A stretch of DNA of 64,000 bases from an uncultured Candidatus Saccharibacteria bacterium (lineage in GTDB: Bacteria; Patescibacteriota; Minisyncoccia; Phycocordibacterales; DATGWK01). The position numbers and the translations under genes were made by a program. The DNA is taken from NCBI GenBank assembly GCA_964492195.1, contig CAZBJL010000002.1, positions 25,472 to 89,471 of the forward strand, given 5' to 3'. The notes under the pieces are model-generated. The model worked only from the letters and a program-made list of their open reading frames with translations. It searched no databases and was not told the origin of the DNA. Shown here piece after piece: positions 1 to 9,693 of this stretch. Position 1 is the stretch's first letter. Each line of letters opens with the position of its first letter.

Positions 1-570
1 GACAGCAAAGGCGCACGACTCGACCCTGAAAAACTTGTCTATAAATGGAAGCAAGATGACACGGTGAATGGGGCACTTTCAGGATTTGGTAAAAAAACCT
101 TCAAAATTACGCCATCCATCCTTCCTAAACCAATCGATATTGAAGTTGAAGTGTCTTCTTCCGACAATTCCTACCACGCTGTGTCTTCAATCAGCATTCC
201 AAACACGAATCCACAAGTAATTTTTTATGAAAATAAACCACTCTATGGAATTGATTTTGCTCACGCATTAAATAATTCTGCTTTTGAAATTACAGAAAAC
301 GAAGCGCGCATCACCGCAGTTCCATTCTTTTTCTCAAATCAACAAAATCAATTTAATTTACTTTCGTACAACTGGACGCTTAACAGCAACAAGGTAGACC
401 AAGAGGGGAATGAGGTTATTTTGAGGAAGCCGGAAAATGGAACGAGCGGCCAGTCATCGATCAATCTCAATGTTAAAAACTTGGAGAGGTTCATGCAGGC
501 AGCAAGTGCCAGCTTTACTGCAAAATTTAACAATCAAGCCTCAACGCAAAATAGCCAAACCATTTTCTAA
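1..570 (+). CDS. hypothetical protein, 3' portion (ORF open from window start)
   Basis: Frame of the 64..570 ORF has no stop back to position 1; N/S/T-rich, no recognised motif. Confidence 0.35.
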   Translation, partial: DSKGARLDPEKLVYKWKQDDTVNGALSGFGKKTFKITPSILPKPIDIEVEVSSSDNSYHAVSSISIPNTNPQVIFYENKPLYGIDFAHALNNSAFEITENEARITAVPFFFSNQQNQFNLLSYNWTLNSNKVDQEGNEVILRKPENGTSGQSSINLNVKNLERFMQAASASFTAKFNNQASTQNSQTIF

Positions 571-573
571 CAC

Positions 574-1506
574 ATGAAAATCTCCACAAAAAAAATTACA
601 CGAAGTCTCTTGATTGGCTTTTGTGCGTTTGTAATCCTCTCACTCCCTCTCGCTTTTACATTTGCACAAGAAATTAACTACGTCCCACTCGCACCATTGC
701 CGGGAATAGGTGACACAGGGCCCGTCACGAGCTTGTCTTCATACCTTGTCTCGGCATTCCGCCTCATTATTGGTCTTGCGGCATTGCTCGCTGTCGTCAT
801 GATCACGCTCGGAGGCATACAGTACATGTCTACTGACGCCATCAGCGGAAAAAGCGAAGGAAAGGAGAAAATAACAAATGCATTAATTGGTCTATTTCTC
901 GCCATCGGTTCTTGGCTCATTTTGTACACTGTGAACCCACGAACACTCGATTTCAACTTAAACATTTCACCGATTCAAACAGTTACCACCAACCCAACAA
1001 ACTCGGGAGTGATGCGAAAGTTTATTAAAGAAAGATTTTGTTTTCCTGAAGGCACAACGTCGATTGCTGAAGCACACGCAACACAATTTACAGAATTTCC
1101 TTATAGGGTATCTTCAGCTACAGAAAAAAATGAGGCTCGTGTTGCGTGTGCACAATCTTTCCCAGCCAACATGAGTCAAGGCCCGGCAACAAGTAATTGT
1201 CCTGGGGCCTCACAAGAAGCGGTGTACTGCACTGATGTAGAAATCACCGCGAATAGTTCCGGCCCCACAATACAACACGCATGGGTAAAGAAACTTATCT
1301 GCCACCCTACAGCAGGCAACACAGAAACCACAACAGAAGTCAGCGGGGGACGTTTTCCGTACGAAACAGGGAATGCAAACGCGAGAACTGACGCTATGGA
1401 CATGTGTACAGCTGCAAACCCAACCGTTCGCTCTGACACACCGCCCGATCACTGTGGCAACACCGCACGATCAGAAACAATCCAATGTTTTGATGAAACT
1501 ATTTAG
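574..1506 (+). CDS. TrbC/VirB2-like pilin-like membrane protein with Cys-rich C-terminal domain
   Basis: Signal-like N-terminus, two hydrophobic helices separated by a short loop (LIIGLAALLAVVMITLGG...LIGLFLAIGSWLILY), then a 180-aa Cys-rich extracellular region; architecture typical of T4SS pilin-like proteins in small-genome bacteria. Confidence 0.4.
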   Translation: MKISTKKITRSLLIGFCAFVILSLPLAFTFAQEINYVPLAPLPGIGDTGPVTSLSSYLVSAFRLIIGLAALLAVVMITLGGIQYMSTDAISGKSEGKEKITNALIGLFLAIGSWLILYTVNPRTLDFNLNISPIQTVTTNPTNSGVMRKFIKERFCFPEGTTSIAEAHATQFTEFPYRVSSATEKNEARVACAQSFPANMSQGPATSNCPGASQEAVYCTDVEITANSSGPTIQHAWVKKLICHPTAGNTETTTEVSGGRFPYETGNANARTDAMDMCTAANPTVRSDTPPDHCGNTARSETIQCFDETI

Positions 1507-1517
1507 CTCACACACTC

Positions 1518-2789
1518 ATGCTCAAGAAAATTTTTAAAATCTTACTCGTTCTCATAGTTCTCACCGCTCTTGCCTTGGGAGCGTTTTGGTTTTTCAATCA
1601 TCGGAACAATGCCACGAGTGATTCATTTCTTTCCAACATTAGCGTTGGCAACTTCTTTCCGTTTGGACAGGGGACAGTTGAAACACCCGTAACCCCAATC
1701 GAAACAAACAACCCCACAAACCCCGACACAACCTCGTCTCCAGGCATCCCCGTACTTCCACCAGCATTGTGGCAGATTTCAAACCAACCACAGTCAGGGG
1801 CAATTGCTTTTAACGCTTCAGGAACTCCCACTGTTCGCTACATAGACAAAGCAACAGGCAATACATTTGAAGGTGCTTTGAGAATTTTAGGTGTAAAAAG
1901 AATTACAAACACAACGATTCCAAAAGTGTACGAAGCACTCTGGCAGCCAAACGGAAATGCACTCGTTCTTCGTTTTCTCATAAATAAAGACGAAACAATC
2001 CGAAGCACATTCGGCAAATTATCAACGAAATCTGCGAGCTCAACACCAGCAGGGGAGGAAACTTTTCGAGAACTTGCTGTTTCATTTCTCGCAGACAACA
2101 TCACAAGCCTTTCTGTTGATCCATCGAGTGGCGCAATTGCATATGTTTCTAAAAATCCGACTGGTTCAAGAATCTATGTCGCAAGTTCCAACGCCACTAA
2201 TCCAAAACAGATTTTTGAATCTCAAATAAACGATCTCTCGATTTCTTGGGTAAACAGCACGACTTTGGCGGTCCTTAGCAAACCAAGCAAAGACACTATT
2301 GGTCAATTCTATTTCCTTAAAACAGATTCAGGAAAACTTGAAAGGGTGCTTGGTGGTCAAAACGGCCTCATGGCGTTAGCCCAAGCCGATGCCAACACGG
2401 TTGTATACTCATGGACATCGGGCACTTCAATACAATCTGCACTATTTAACAAAAAAACAGGGGAGAGAAACGCACTCCGCTTTGCCGTCATCCCAGAAAA
2501 ATGCGTTTTCTCAAACAAATCTACAAACCTCTACTGTGCTGCACCAAAAGCAATGCAGTCCAACAACCTTCCAGACGATTGGTATCAAGGCCGTATCACA
2601 TTTAACGATTCATTCTGGAGAATTAACACAACAACAGGTGCCGCTGACCTCATTACAGACCCTAAAGTTGCCGCTGGAACAGAAGTTGATGCAACAAACC
2701 TCATGCTCGATCCAAACGAAGAGCATCTTATATTTACAAATAAAAAAGACTCCGCTCTCTGGGGTCTACGAATCGGGGCAGGGAATTAA
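1518..2789 (+). CDS. hypothetical membrane-anchored protein
   Basis: N-terminal TM helix (ILLVLIVLTALALGAFWFF), beta-rich body, no catalytic motif recognised. Confidence 0.45.
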   Translation: MLKKIFKILLVLIVLTALALGAFWFFNHRNNATSDSFLSNISVGNFFPFGQGTVETPVTPIETNNPTNPDTTSSPGIPVLPPALWQISNQPQSGAIAFNASGTPTVRYIDKATGNTFEGALRILGVKRITNTTIPKVYEALWQPNGNALVLRFLINKDETIRSTFGKLSTKSASSTPAGEETFRELAVSFLADNITSLSVDPSSGAIAYVSKNPTGSRIYVASSNATNPKQIFESQINDLSISWVNSTTLAVLSKPSKDTIGQFYFLKTDSGKLERVLGGQNGLMALAQADANTVVYSWTSGTSIQSALFNKKTGERNALRFAVIPEKCVFSNKSTNLYCAAPKAMQSNNLPDDWYQGRITFNDSFWRINTTTGAADLITDPKVAAGTEVDATNLMLDPNEEHLIFTNKKDSALWGLRIGAGN

Positions 2790-2910
2790 TTTTGTTTAGC
2801 ACACCATCTCGCAGCGAGGAAGGATCATGTGTTGAGCGAAGCCTGCGACGCGAAACACATGTCCGAACGCAAGCTGCGTTGGCGAAAGCCAGTACAACAG
2901 CCTAGATCTT

Positions 2911-3696
2911 CTACTTATCTGAAACCAACGCAACTGCAGGGTTTGGAGATGCCGTGGTATCACTCGTTTTTGCAACGGATCGTCGAATTACCAACTCCTG
3001 ACCAATCGTAAAGAGGTTGCTTGTGATCCAGTACACAGCAATCGCACCAGAAACCGTCCACGAAACGATAAATGCGAGAACAGGGAGCATGTATCTCATC
3101 TGTGTGCCCATACTTCGGGTCAAATCGTGCTTAAATTTTTCTTCTTTGGTCATATTTTCCTTCGCAGGCTTACTTGAAACTGGGGGAATAGAAAATCTGA
3201 TCTGAATAAAAGACGTCACACCTGCAAGAATAGCGAGAATCAAACTCTTTCCAGAAATATCGAAAAGGCCTAGGAACATTGTATTGATTACGTGCGGCAC
3301 TGAAACGAAAGAGTAGAGAATCGAAGTGTTTATTTGGTCAAAACCAACAATGAACACTCGGTAGAGAGCAAAAATGATCGGCAACTGAATGAGAATGAGC
3401 ACAACGCTTGCGAATGGATTGATTTTATTATTCTTATAGAGCTCCATCGTCTTGCGAGCGTATTCTTGTTTGTCGTTTTTGTATTTTTCTTTGAGGTTAG
3501 CGAGTTCTGGCTCAACTTTTTTCATTTTGAGCTGGGTGGTGACGGCCTTTTTGGAAATAGGGAAGAGAACAAGCTTTACAATGATGGTAAAAATAACGAT
3601 TGCGACGCCGGCATCAACCCACGGCAATACATCCATTAAAAAAATCAGACCGTTATAAAGCGGGTTAAAAACAATCGTGTGGTAGAGAAATGACAT
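2911..3696 (-). CDS. yidC: membrane protein insertase YidC (short form)
   Basis: YidC/Oxa1 core helices (LFPISKKAVTTQLKMKKVEPELANLKEKYKNDKQ...NPFASVVLILIQLPIIFALY); canonical position next to rnpA-rpmH. Confidence 0.8.
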   Translation of the reverse strand: MSFLYHTIVFNPLYNGLIFLMDVLPWVDAGVAIVIFTIIVKLVLFPISKKAVTTQLKMKKVEPELANLKEKYKNDKQEYARKTMELYKNNKINPFASVVLILIQLPIIFALYRVFIVGFDQINTSILYSFVSVPHVINTMFLGLFDISGKSLILAILAGVTSFIQIRFSIPPVSSKPAKENMTKEEKFKHDLTRSMGTQMRYMLPVLAFIVSWTVSGAIAVYWITSNLFTIGQELVIRRSVAKTSDTTASPNPAVALVSDK

Positions 3697-3727
3697 TCGG
3701 TTATCTTACGCGAAAATAACTTGTTTT

Positions 3728-4069
3728 TCAAACAGAAAGAATGCGGGCACGAGTGAGAAGTTCTTTTATTTCTTGAGCAATGTCTTCATACGCACGCTTT
3801 TCACCACCCTTTTTTACAGACACACCAACAAGGAAGCCAGTAGCTACGCGGGGGAGGAGAGGTCGGATAGCGCTATACACCCTCCGACGAGTTCGATTTC
3901 GCATTACAGCTGTTGGTGCCACCTTTTTAGAAACAGAAACAGCAAAACGCGTATCTCCGTCGGTAGACTTTAGAATTTTGAGTAAGAAAAAGGGTGAAGA
4001 TGTAGAACCACCCCGTATAAACACCTCTCGGGCGAGCGCCTTGGGGATTCGTTGCTCTCGAGAAAGCAT
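3728..4069 (-). CDS. rnpA: ribonuclease P protein component
   Basis: 113 aa, basic, RNR-TRRR motif (AVMRNRTRRRV); located between rpmH and yidC. Confidence 0.8.
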   Translation of the reverse strand: MLSREQRIPKALAREVFIRGGSTSSPFFLLKILKSTDGDTRFAVSVSKKVAPTAVMRNRTRRRVYSAIRPLLPRVATGFLVGVSVKKGGEKRAYEDIAQEIKELLTRARILSV

Positions 4070-4078
4070 GAGGAGTAA

Positions 4079-4219
4079 TTAGACCGTAACTCGCTTACGA
4101 CCCTTTGTACGACGACGGGAAACAGTTCTTTTACCGCCGGCAGACTTCATTCTCTTCAAAAAACCGTGGCTTTTTGAGCGTTTTCTCTTTTTGGGTCTGT
4201 AGGTTAAACCTTGTTTCAT
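4079..4219 (-). CDS. rpmH: 50S ribosomal protein L34
   Basis: Hand-translated 46 aa [46 protein letters not shown]; not in the ORF track (<60 aa). Confidence 0.85.
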   Translation of the reverse strand: MKQGLTYRPKKRKRSKSHGFLKRMKSAGGKRTVSRRRTKGRKRVTV

Positions 4220-4289
4220 ATATGAGTGAGATATTACAATGTATTCAAAATTAAATCAATATTCGATCAAGAAAATTCCAAAAAATACA

Positions 4290-4385
4290 AAACTCACACC
4301 CTATCCACAATTTGTGAACATACAACTTGAACTTAAACAAGTATTATAATTCCACATCAAGGATATAATCTACTGCTAACGGACA
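4290..4385 (+). promoter_or_regulatory. dnaA upstream region with DnaA-box-like sites
   Basis: ctatccaca at 4301..4309 (8/9 to TTATCCACA); AT-rich with -10-like tataat. Confidence 0.35.
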
Positions 4386-5771
4386 ATGTCTACTGAAAAC
4401 AAAAAAATTTGGGATAACGTTCTGGTTGAAATGGAACTTTCTGTTTCAAAGCCCAATTTTACGACCTGGTTTCGAGACACTTCTATTTTTAAAGTCGAAG
4501 ATGGGGTAGCGTTCATCAGCGTTCCCAATAATTTCGTCAAAGACTGGCTCTACAAAAAATACCACTCAACAATTCTCAAGATTTTACGCACTGCGGCACC
4601 CACCGTTCGCTCTCTTGAGTATTCCGTAAGCCGAAGTGATGCCAAAAAGCGCAGCCCAGCCGAAGATCGTCCTTCTACAACCTCGTTAATCAACAACGAG
4701 CTTCCTCTAAGCGATTTTTACATAAACAAAGAGGACAATCTCAACCCTCGCTATGGTTTTGACTCATTTATCGTCGGGCCGTTCAACGAACTTGCATACG
4801 CAGCTGCCCAAGCTGTCGTAAAAAAGCCAGGTATCGTCTACAATCCGCTCTTTATATACGGAAACACTGGCCACGGCAAAACCCATCTCATCCAAGCAGT
4901 AGGGAATTACCTCAAACACATGTACCCAGAGATGCGAATTCACTACGTCACATCCGAAAAATTCGCGAGTGACTACGTGAGCTCCGTTCAATCCGCCCAA
5001 AGCAACCCAAACCACTCCAATAAAATAAGCAATTTTAAAGAAAAATACCGAAAATACGACGTTTTGATCATGGATGACATCCAATTCCTCTCAAAAACCG
5101 AGAAAACCCAAGAGGAATTGTTCCACCTGTTCAATCATCTCTACGACAACAACAAACAAATCGTCTTTTCATCCGACAAACACCCAAATTACATTCCCAA
5201 TCTCGAGGATCGCCTTCGTTCTCGCTTCGCGGCCGGCATGATTGTCGATATTCCTGCCCCAGACCACGAGTCGAGAATTGCAATTCTCAAAGCAAAGCTC
5301 CGAAACCAGGAATTAATCCTTTCAGATGAGATCATAGACTTCGTTGCAGCGTCAGTTTCTACAAACATCCGCGAACTTGAAGGAGTTTTGAACGCTGTCA
5401 TCTGCCAGGCACAGCTTAAAGGAAGAGAACTAACCCTCCAGGAAACAAAACTTCTCCTCAAAAACAGTGCGCGACCAGCAAAAAGAACCCTTTCTACCAA
5501 AGAAGTCATTAAAATCGTCGCTGATTTCTACAACATTGAAGAATCAAGTATTTATGAAAAAACCCGAAAGAAAGAAGTTATCCGTCCTCGCCAAATGACG
5601 ATGTATATCCTCCGAGAAGATTTCAAAATCTCATACCCGTCGATCGGGGAGAGACTTGGCGGACGCGACCACACCACTGTTATTCACTCATGCGAGAAGG
5701 TAAAAGGCGACCTCAAGGTCGACCCAACTCTTGGTCAGGAATTGAATCAGATTCGAGCTCTTATCACATAA
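4386..5771 (+). CDS. dnaA: chromosomal replication initiator DnaA
   Basis: Walker A GNTGHGKTHL, AAA+ box, C-terminal DnaA-box-binding HTH (HTTVIHSCEKV). Confidence 0.95.
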   Translation: MSTENKKIWDNVLVEMELSVSKPNFTTWFRDTSIFKVEDGVAFISVPNNFVKDWLYKKYHSTILKILRTAAPTVRSLEYSVSRSDAKKRSPAEDRPSTTSLINNELPLSDFYINKEDNLNPRYGFDSFIVGPFNELAYAAAQAVVKKPGIVYNPLFIYGNTGHGKTHLIQAVGNYLKHMYPEMRIHYVTSEKFASDYVSSVQSAQSNPNHSNKISNFKEKYRKYDVLIMDDIQFLSKTEKTQEELFHLFNHLYDNNKQIVFSSDKHPNYIPNLEDRLRSRFAAGMIVDIPAPDHESRIAILKAKLRNQELILSDEIIDFVAASVSTNIRELEGVLNAVICQAQLKGRELTLQETKLLLKNSARPAKRTLSTKEVIKIVADFYNIEESSIYEKTRKKEVIRPRQMTMYILREDFKISYPSIGERLGGRDHTTVIHSCEKVKGDLKVDPTLGQELNQIRALIT

Positions 5772-6024
5772 GCTGGGGATAAGGTATTGATAAGCTTTGG
5801 AATAGTTGTGAGAAAGCCTGTAGATATCTGGAAATTTCTCTAAACAAGGTGTGGATAAAAAAGCATCGAATCCCCAGATTTCAAATTCACCCACATACAG
5901 TTATATTTAATTCACACACGATGGGGACAAGAATTCACAAAAAACCCTTGAATTTAAAGAGAATTAAGCACTTATCAAGATATCCCCAGTCATAGTAATA
6001 GTAGTAGTATTTATATATAGATAT
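5762..6024. promoter_or_regulatory. putative oriC (DnaA boxes + AT-rich unwinding element) in the dnaA-dnaN intergenic region
   Basis: Perfect DnaA box tgtggataa at 5850..5858, 8/9 box tggggataa at about 5764, further degenerate boxes, AT-rich run 5988..6024 (atagtaatagtagtagtatttatatatagatat). Confidence 0.6.
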
Positions 6025-7128
6025 ATGAAGACCGAATGTGTAAAAGAAAAGTTAACAGCGGCGGTAGCACAAGCTGAAAAAATTACCGGGAAGAATTTAT
6101 CTCTTGCTGTTCTTGGTTGTGTATTTCTTGAAGCAGGAAAAAATACACTTTCGATTAAATCTACAAATCTCGATCTTGGTATTGAAATAACAATTCCAAC
6201 TAAAACCGAAAAGGAAGGGAAGGTGGCAGTGCCCGGGAATATTTTATCTGGTTTCCTTAACAACTCTCCGTACGAAAAAAATATAACCCTTGAAACCACA
6301 GACACAGGTCTTCTTAAAATCACTACAGAAAAAACTTCCACAACTATTAAATCCGTAAGTCCTGATGATTTTCCTTCTATTCCACAGGTTTCAGACGAAC
6401 AATCTTTTAAAATTAAAGGATCAGACTTTGTACGCGGTTTAAAGTCGGTCTGGTATAGCTCTTCGGTCTCAAGTATCAAACCCGAACTATCGAGCGTCCT
6501 GGTGCGTTGTGACGACGATACGCTTGTGTGTGCGGCCACAGACTCCTTCCGTCTTGCCGAGAAGAAAGTAAAACTTAAAGATCAAAAACCTTTCGACAGT
6601 ATTTTGATTCCCTTTAAAAACGTTCAAGAAATCATTCGAGTACTCGATGCTTCAGAGGAGGATGTTCTCTTTTGTGTGACTAAAAACCAAATTTCTATTT
6701 CTTACGACGGTGTGTATCTCACATCTCGCGTTATCGACGGTGTTTTTCCCGATTATCACCAGATTATTCCAAAGGAAAACCAAACAGAAGTTATTGTTCT
6801 TAAAGACGATCTCATTCAAGCCTTCAAAATCGCTAATATTTTCTCCGATAAATTTAATCAGGTGAATATGAAAGCTGAACCGTCAAAGAAAACATTTGAA
6901 ATTAAAACAAATAATGCAGATTTGGGTGAAAGTGTGAATAAAATCGATGCAACATTTAAAGGTGATGACGTTGCGGTGAATTTTAATCACAAATACGTTA
7001 CTGATTGTTTTGGTTCGTTGAGCGGCGACAGTCTTTCTTTGTCTTTTAACGGTTTAAGTCGTCCGCTTGTGATTCGTGGAGTAGGTGATCCATCATTCTT
7101 ATACCTCGTGATGCCAATGAATCGATAA
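6025..7128 (+). CDS. dnaN: DNA polymerase III beta sliding clamp
   Basis: 367 aa, three-domain clamp pattern; directly downstream of dnaA/oriC. Confidence 0.9.
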   Translation: MKTECVKEKLTAAVAQAEKITGKNLSLAVLGCVFLEAGKNTLSIKSTNLDLGIEITIPTKTEKEGKVAVPGNILSGFLNNSPYEKNITLETTDTGLLKITTEKTSTTIKSVSPDDFPSIPQVSDEQSFKIKGSDFVRGLKSVWYSSSVSSIKPELSSVLVRCDDDTLVCAATDSFRLAEKKVKLKDQKPFDSILIPFKNVQEIIRVLDASEEDVLFCVTKNQISISYDGVYLTSRVIDGVFPDYHQIIPKENQTEVIVLKDDLIQAFKIANIFSDKFNQVNMKAEPSKKTFEIKTNNADLGESVNKIDATFKGDDVAVNFNHKYVTDCFGSLSGDSLSLSFNGLSRPLVIRGVGDPSFLYLVMPMNR

Positions 7129-7131
7129 TAT

Positions 7132-7386
7132 ATGAATCATATCGACGGTTTTTTTAGTAAATTCAAAAGTGCTTTCGCCAACATGGCGAACAAAAAGGAA
7201 ATCGTTGCCGCTGTCTGTCTTGCTCACAGCAAAACCACAATTCCTTTGTCTGGTATTGAAATCCAAGGTCCTGTGCTCAGGCTTAACATTAGTCCTGCAG
7301 CAAAAAGTGCTATCTTTATGAAAAAAACAGAAATTTTAGCTGAACTTAATCAAAAAATTAAACCCGCTTTGTTTGATATTCGCTAA
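7132..7386 (+). CDS. DUF721 / DciA-like small protein
   Basis: 84 aa immediately after dnaN; C-terminal segment VLRLNISPAAKSAIFMKKTEILAELNQ resembles the DUF721 consensus (..v.v.ssawaqEl...k..il.kln). Confidence 0.45.
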   Translation: MNHIDGFFSKFKSAFANMANKKEIVAAVCLAHSKTTIPLSGIEIQGPVLRLNISPAAKSAIFMKKTEILAELNQKIKPALFDIR

Positions 7387-7397
7387 GGGTGAGCGTT

Positions 7398-9659
7398 CTA
7401 CCTATTAGAATTGTTTGAAATTCCATTTGCTGTAGCCCATGCTTGGACGCCGTATTCCCAATATTTAAACTGTGGATCATCAGAAGGGTTTGAAGGAATC
7501 GGACCCCGAGGATCGTTTTTATCTACCCAGTAGAGGATAGAGTGAACTCCACCAGAAAGAATTTCACCCAGGTCTTCGACCGGAGTAGAGTCTCGAGCAG
7601 CTCTGTTGGTGTCTGTATCGACGACTGAAGAAATGCCACCTTCCCATCTTCCTCGAAGGACAGGTTTTAGATCCAAACCATTTTCTACGACGGGTCTTTG
7701 GAATTTTGTATCAGGAACTTTTTTGAGTGCTTCTGCCATGACGTTGTGCCAGTACGGAGCAATAATAAAGGCCGCAACCTTTCTTTCCATCGAACTGTTG
7801 TCATTGTTTCCGGCCCAGGCGGCGATAGCGATGTCTGGGGTGTATCCGACAGTAATCGCGTCTTTGTAGTCGTTTGTGGTACCGGTTTTCACCGCAACGT
7901 CACGTCCTGCAAAATGAAGAGGGGAATTATATCCAAAGGCTGGAGCGCGAGCTTGTTCGTCTGACAATACGTCAGAAATTTGTTCGGCAATTTTTGCATC
8001 GAGGACACGAGTTGGGTTTGTTGTTGATTTTTCCAAAGTGTTTCCGTTTTTATCTTTTACTTCAAGAATCATGCGGGGTGCATTTCGTACACCTTCGTTC
8101 GCAAAGACGCTGTATGCACTTGTGAGGTCGAGGAGAGAGACTTCGCCACCTCCAAGGACGAGTGTGAGGCCGTACTGGCCGATGTTTGTGAGGCTTTGGA
8201 TTCCCATACTCTGTGCAAGTTTGAGTGTGTCAGTCATACCTGAAAGATAAAAGGTTTTGATCGATGCAATGTTGATCGACTGGGCCAACGCATCTCGCAT
8301 GCTCATCGGGCCGTGATACTTTCCGTCGTAGTTTACAGGCATGTAGCAGTGTGACGATGAGTTGATTGGTTTTCCGTCGACAGTACATGTTGTTGAAAAT
8401 TCTGTTGGAACGTCGAAAACAACAGTTTCTGGAGTAAAACCTTTTATGAATGCTTCGGCATACGCAAATGGTTTGAAGGCAGAACCCGGCTGACGATGAG
8501 CGGTGGTGATGTTGAAGTTACCGCTGATTTCTTTGTCGAAATAATTTCTTGAACCAACCATAGCGAGAACGTCGCCAGTTTTGGGTTCAATTGCGACGAG
8601 GCCAATGTTTTCTGCGTTAAAATTCTTTTTATTTTCTGTTGCTTGTTTCAGAGCGAGTTCCTCGGCTTTTTTCTCGAGGTCGTAGTCGAGTGTGGTGATG
8701 ACGCGGAGTCCTCCTTGTTCGAGAACTTGTTCGCCATATTTTTGGACAAGTTGGTTTCGAACTTCCATGACGAAGTGTGGCGCTTTTATACCGAACGCTT
8801 CTTGTGGTTGGAAGGTTACGACTTCAGCTTTTGCTTGGTCATATGCATCTTTTTTAATGAAACCGTTTCGAAGCATTTCACTCAAGACAAGATTTTTGCG
8901 GGCGTCGAGTTCTGCTTTGTGTGAACCGTACGGCGAATAGTATGTCGGTGCTTTTGGAAGTGCGGCGAGGTATGCAGACTCGGCGAGGGTAAGGTCTTTT
9001 GACGATGTCGCAAAAAATGCTTGGCTCGCTTCTTCAACGCCGTACAAATTTCCGCCGAAGGGGATTTCGTTGAGATAAATGTTGAAAATCTCATCTTTTG
9101 TGAGGATTTTTTCGAGTTTCGGGGCGAGTACCCATTCTTTTATCTTTCGTGAAATCTGCTTTTCGTCAGTCAAAAGAGCGTTTTTGATGACTTGTTGTGT
9201 GATCGTTGAACCACCTTGGTTGTAGCCAAGGCCTGTGATGTTGGCAAACACAGCGCGAAGGATTGAGGAAATTCTAATGCCGTTATGTTGGTAGAAGTTA
9301 ATGTCTTCGATAGCCAACACAGCTCTTTTGGCGTTTGGTGAAATATCTTCAAACGGAACCACGGTGCGTTTTACGTTTTGAAATACGTCGTAGAGGAGCA
9401 CTTCGCCGGTGCGATCATAGATTTTTGTGGATTGGGTAACCGCACGATCCTGGAAAGATTCGAGGTTTGGAATTCTCCAGCTCGAAATCCAGAGCAAAAA
9501 GAGAGCGGCGACAAAGACAAATACACCAGCTCCTACTGTTGCGGTTCGGAGCGCAAAAGGCTTATTTATTTTGGGGATTTTGATTTTTTTCACAGTTTTT
9601 CTATTTACCCGCGCGACACACAACAGAAGTAATAATAAAATCAATATTATCACAATCAC
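7398..9659 (-). CDS. class A penicillin-binding protein (transglycosylase + transpeptidase), PBP1A-like
   Basis: N-terminal TM, GT51 motifs (EDINFYQHNGI, RISSILRAV), transpeptidase SxxK (SAFKPF), SxN and KTG (KTGTT). Confidence 0.85.
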   Translation of the reverse strand: MIVIILILLLLLLCVARVNRKTVKKIKIPKINKPFALRTATVGAGVFVFVAALFLLWISSWRIPNLESFQDRAVTQSTKIYDRTGEVLLYDVFQNVKRTVVPFEDISPNAKRAVLAIEDINFYQHNGIRISSILRAVFANITGLGYNQGGSTITQQVIKNALLTDEKQISRKIKEWVLAPKLEKILTKDEIFNIYLNEIPFGGNLYGVEEASQAFFATSSKDLTLAESAYLAALPKAPTYYSPYGSHKAELDARKNLVLSEMLRNGFIKKDAYDQAKAEVVTFQPQEAFGIKAPHFVMEVRNQLVQKYGEQVLEQGGLRVITTLDYDLEKKAEELALKQATENKKNFNAENIGLVAIEPKTGDVLAMVGSRNYFDKEISGNFNITTAHRQPGSAFKPFAYAEAFIKGFTPETVVFDVPTEFSTTCTVDGKPINSSSHCYMPVNYDGKYHGPMSMRDALAQSINIASIKTFYLSGMTDTLKLAQSMGIQSLTNIGQYGLTLVLGGGEVSLLDLTSAYSVFANEGVRNAPRMILEVKDKNGNTLEKSTTNPTRVLDAKIAEQISDVLSDEQARAPAFGYNSPLHFAGRDVAVKTGTTNDYKDAITVGYTPDIAIAAWAGNNDNSSMERKVAAFIIAPYWHNVMAEALKKVPDTKFQRPVVENGLDLKPVLRGRWEGGISSVVDTDTNRAARDSTPVEDLGEILSGGVHSILYWVDKNDPRGPIPSNPSDDPQFKYWEYGVQAWATANGISNNSNR

Positions 9660-9693
9660 TTAAAACATATTTCAAATATGCTAAAGTAGAGCC

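Noticed and set aside
2795-2910. SRP RNA (ffs) call
   Set aside because: GAGGAAGGA resembles part of domain IV but the flanking CC-GGAA-GG tetraloop context and 3' GCAGC pairing are not present.
4764-5509. Antisense ORFs inside dnaA (106 aa each)
   Set aside because: Embedded opposite a high-confidence gene; typical antisense artefacts.
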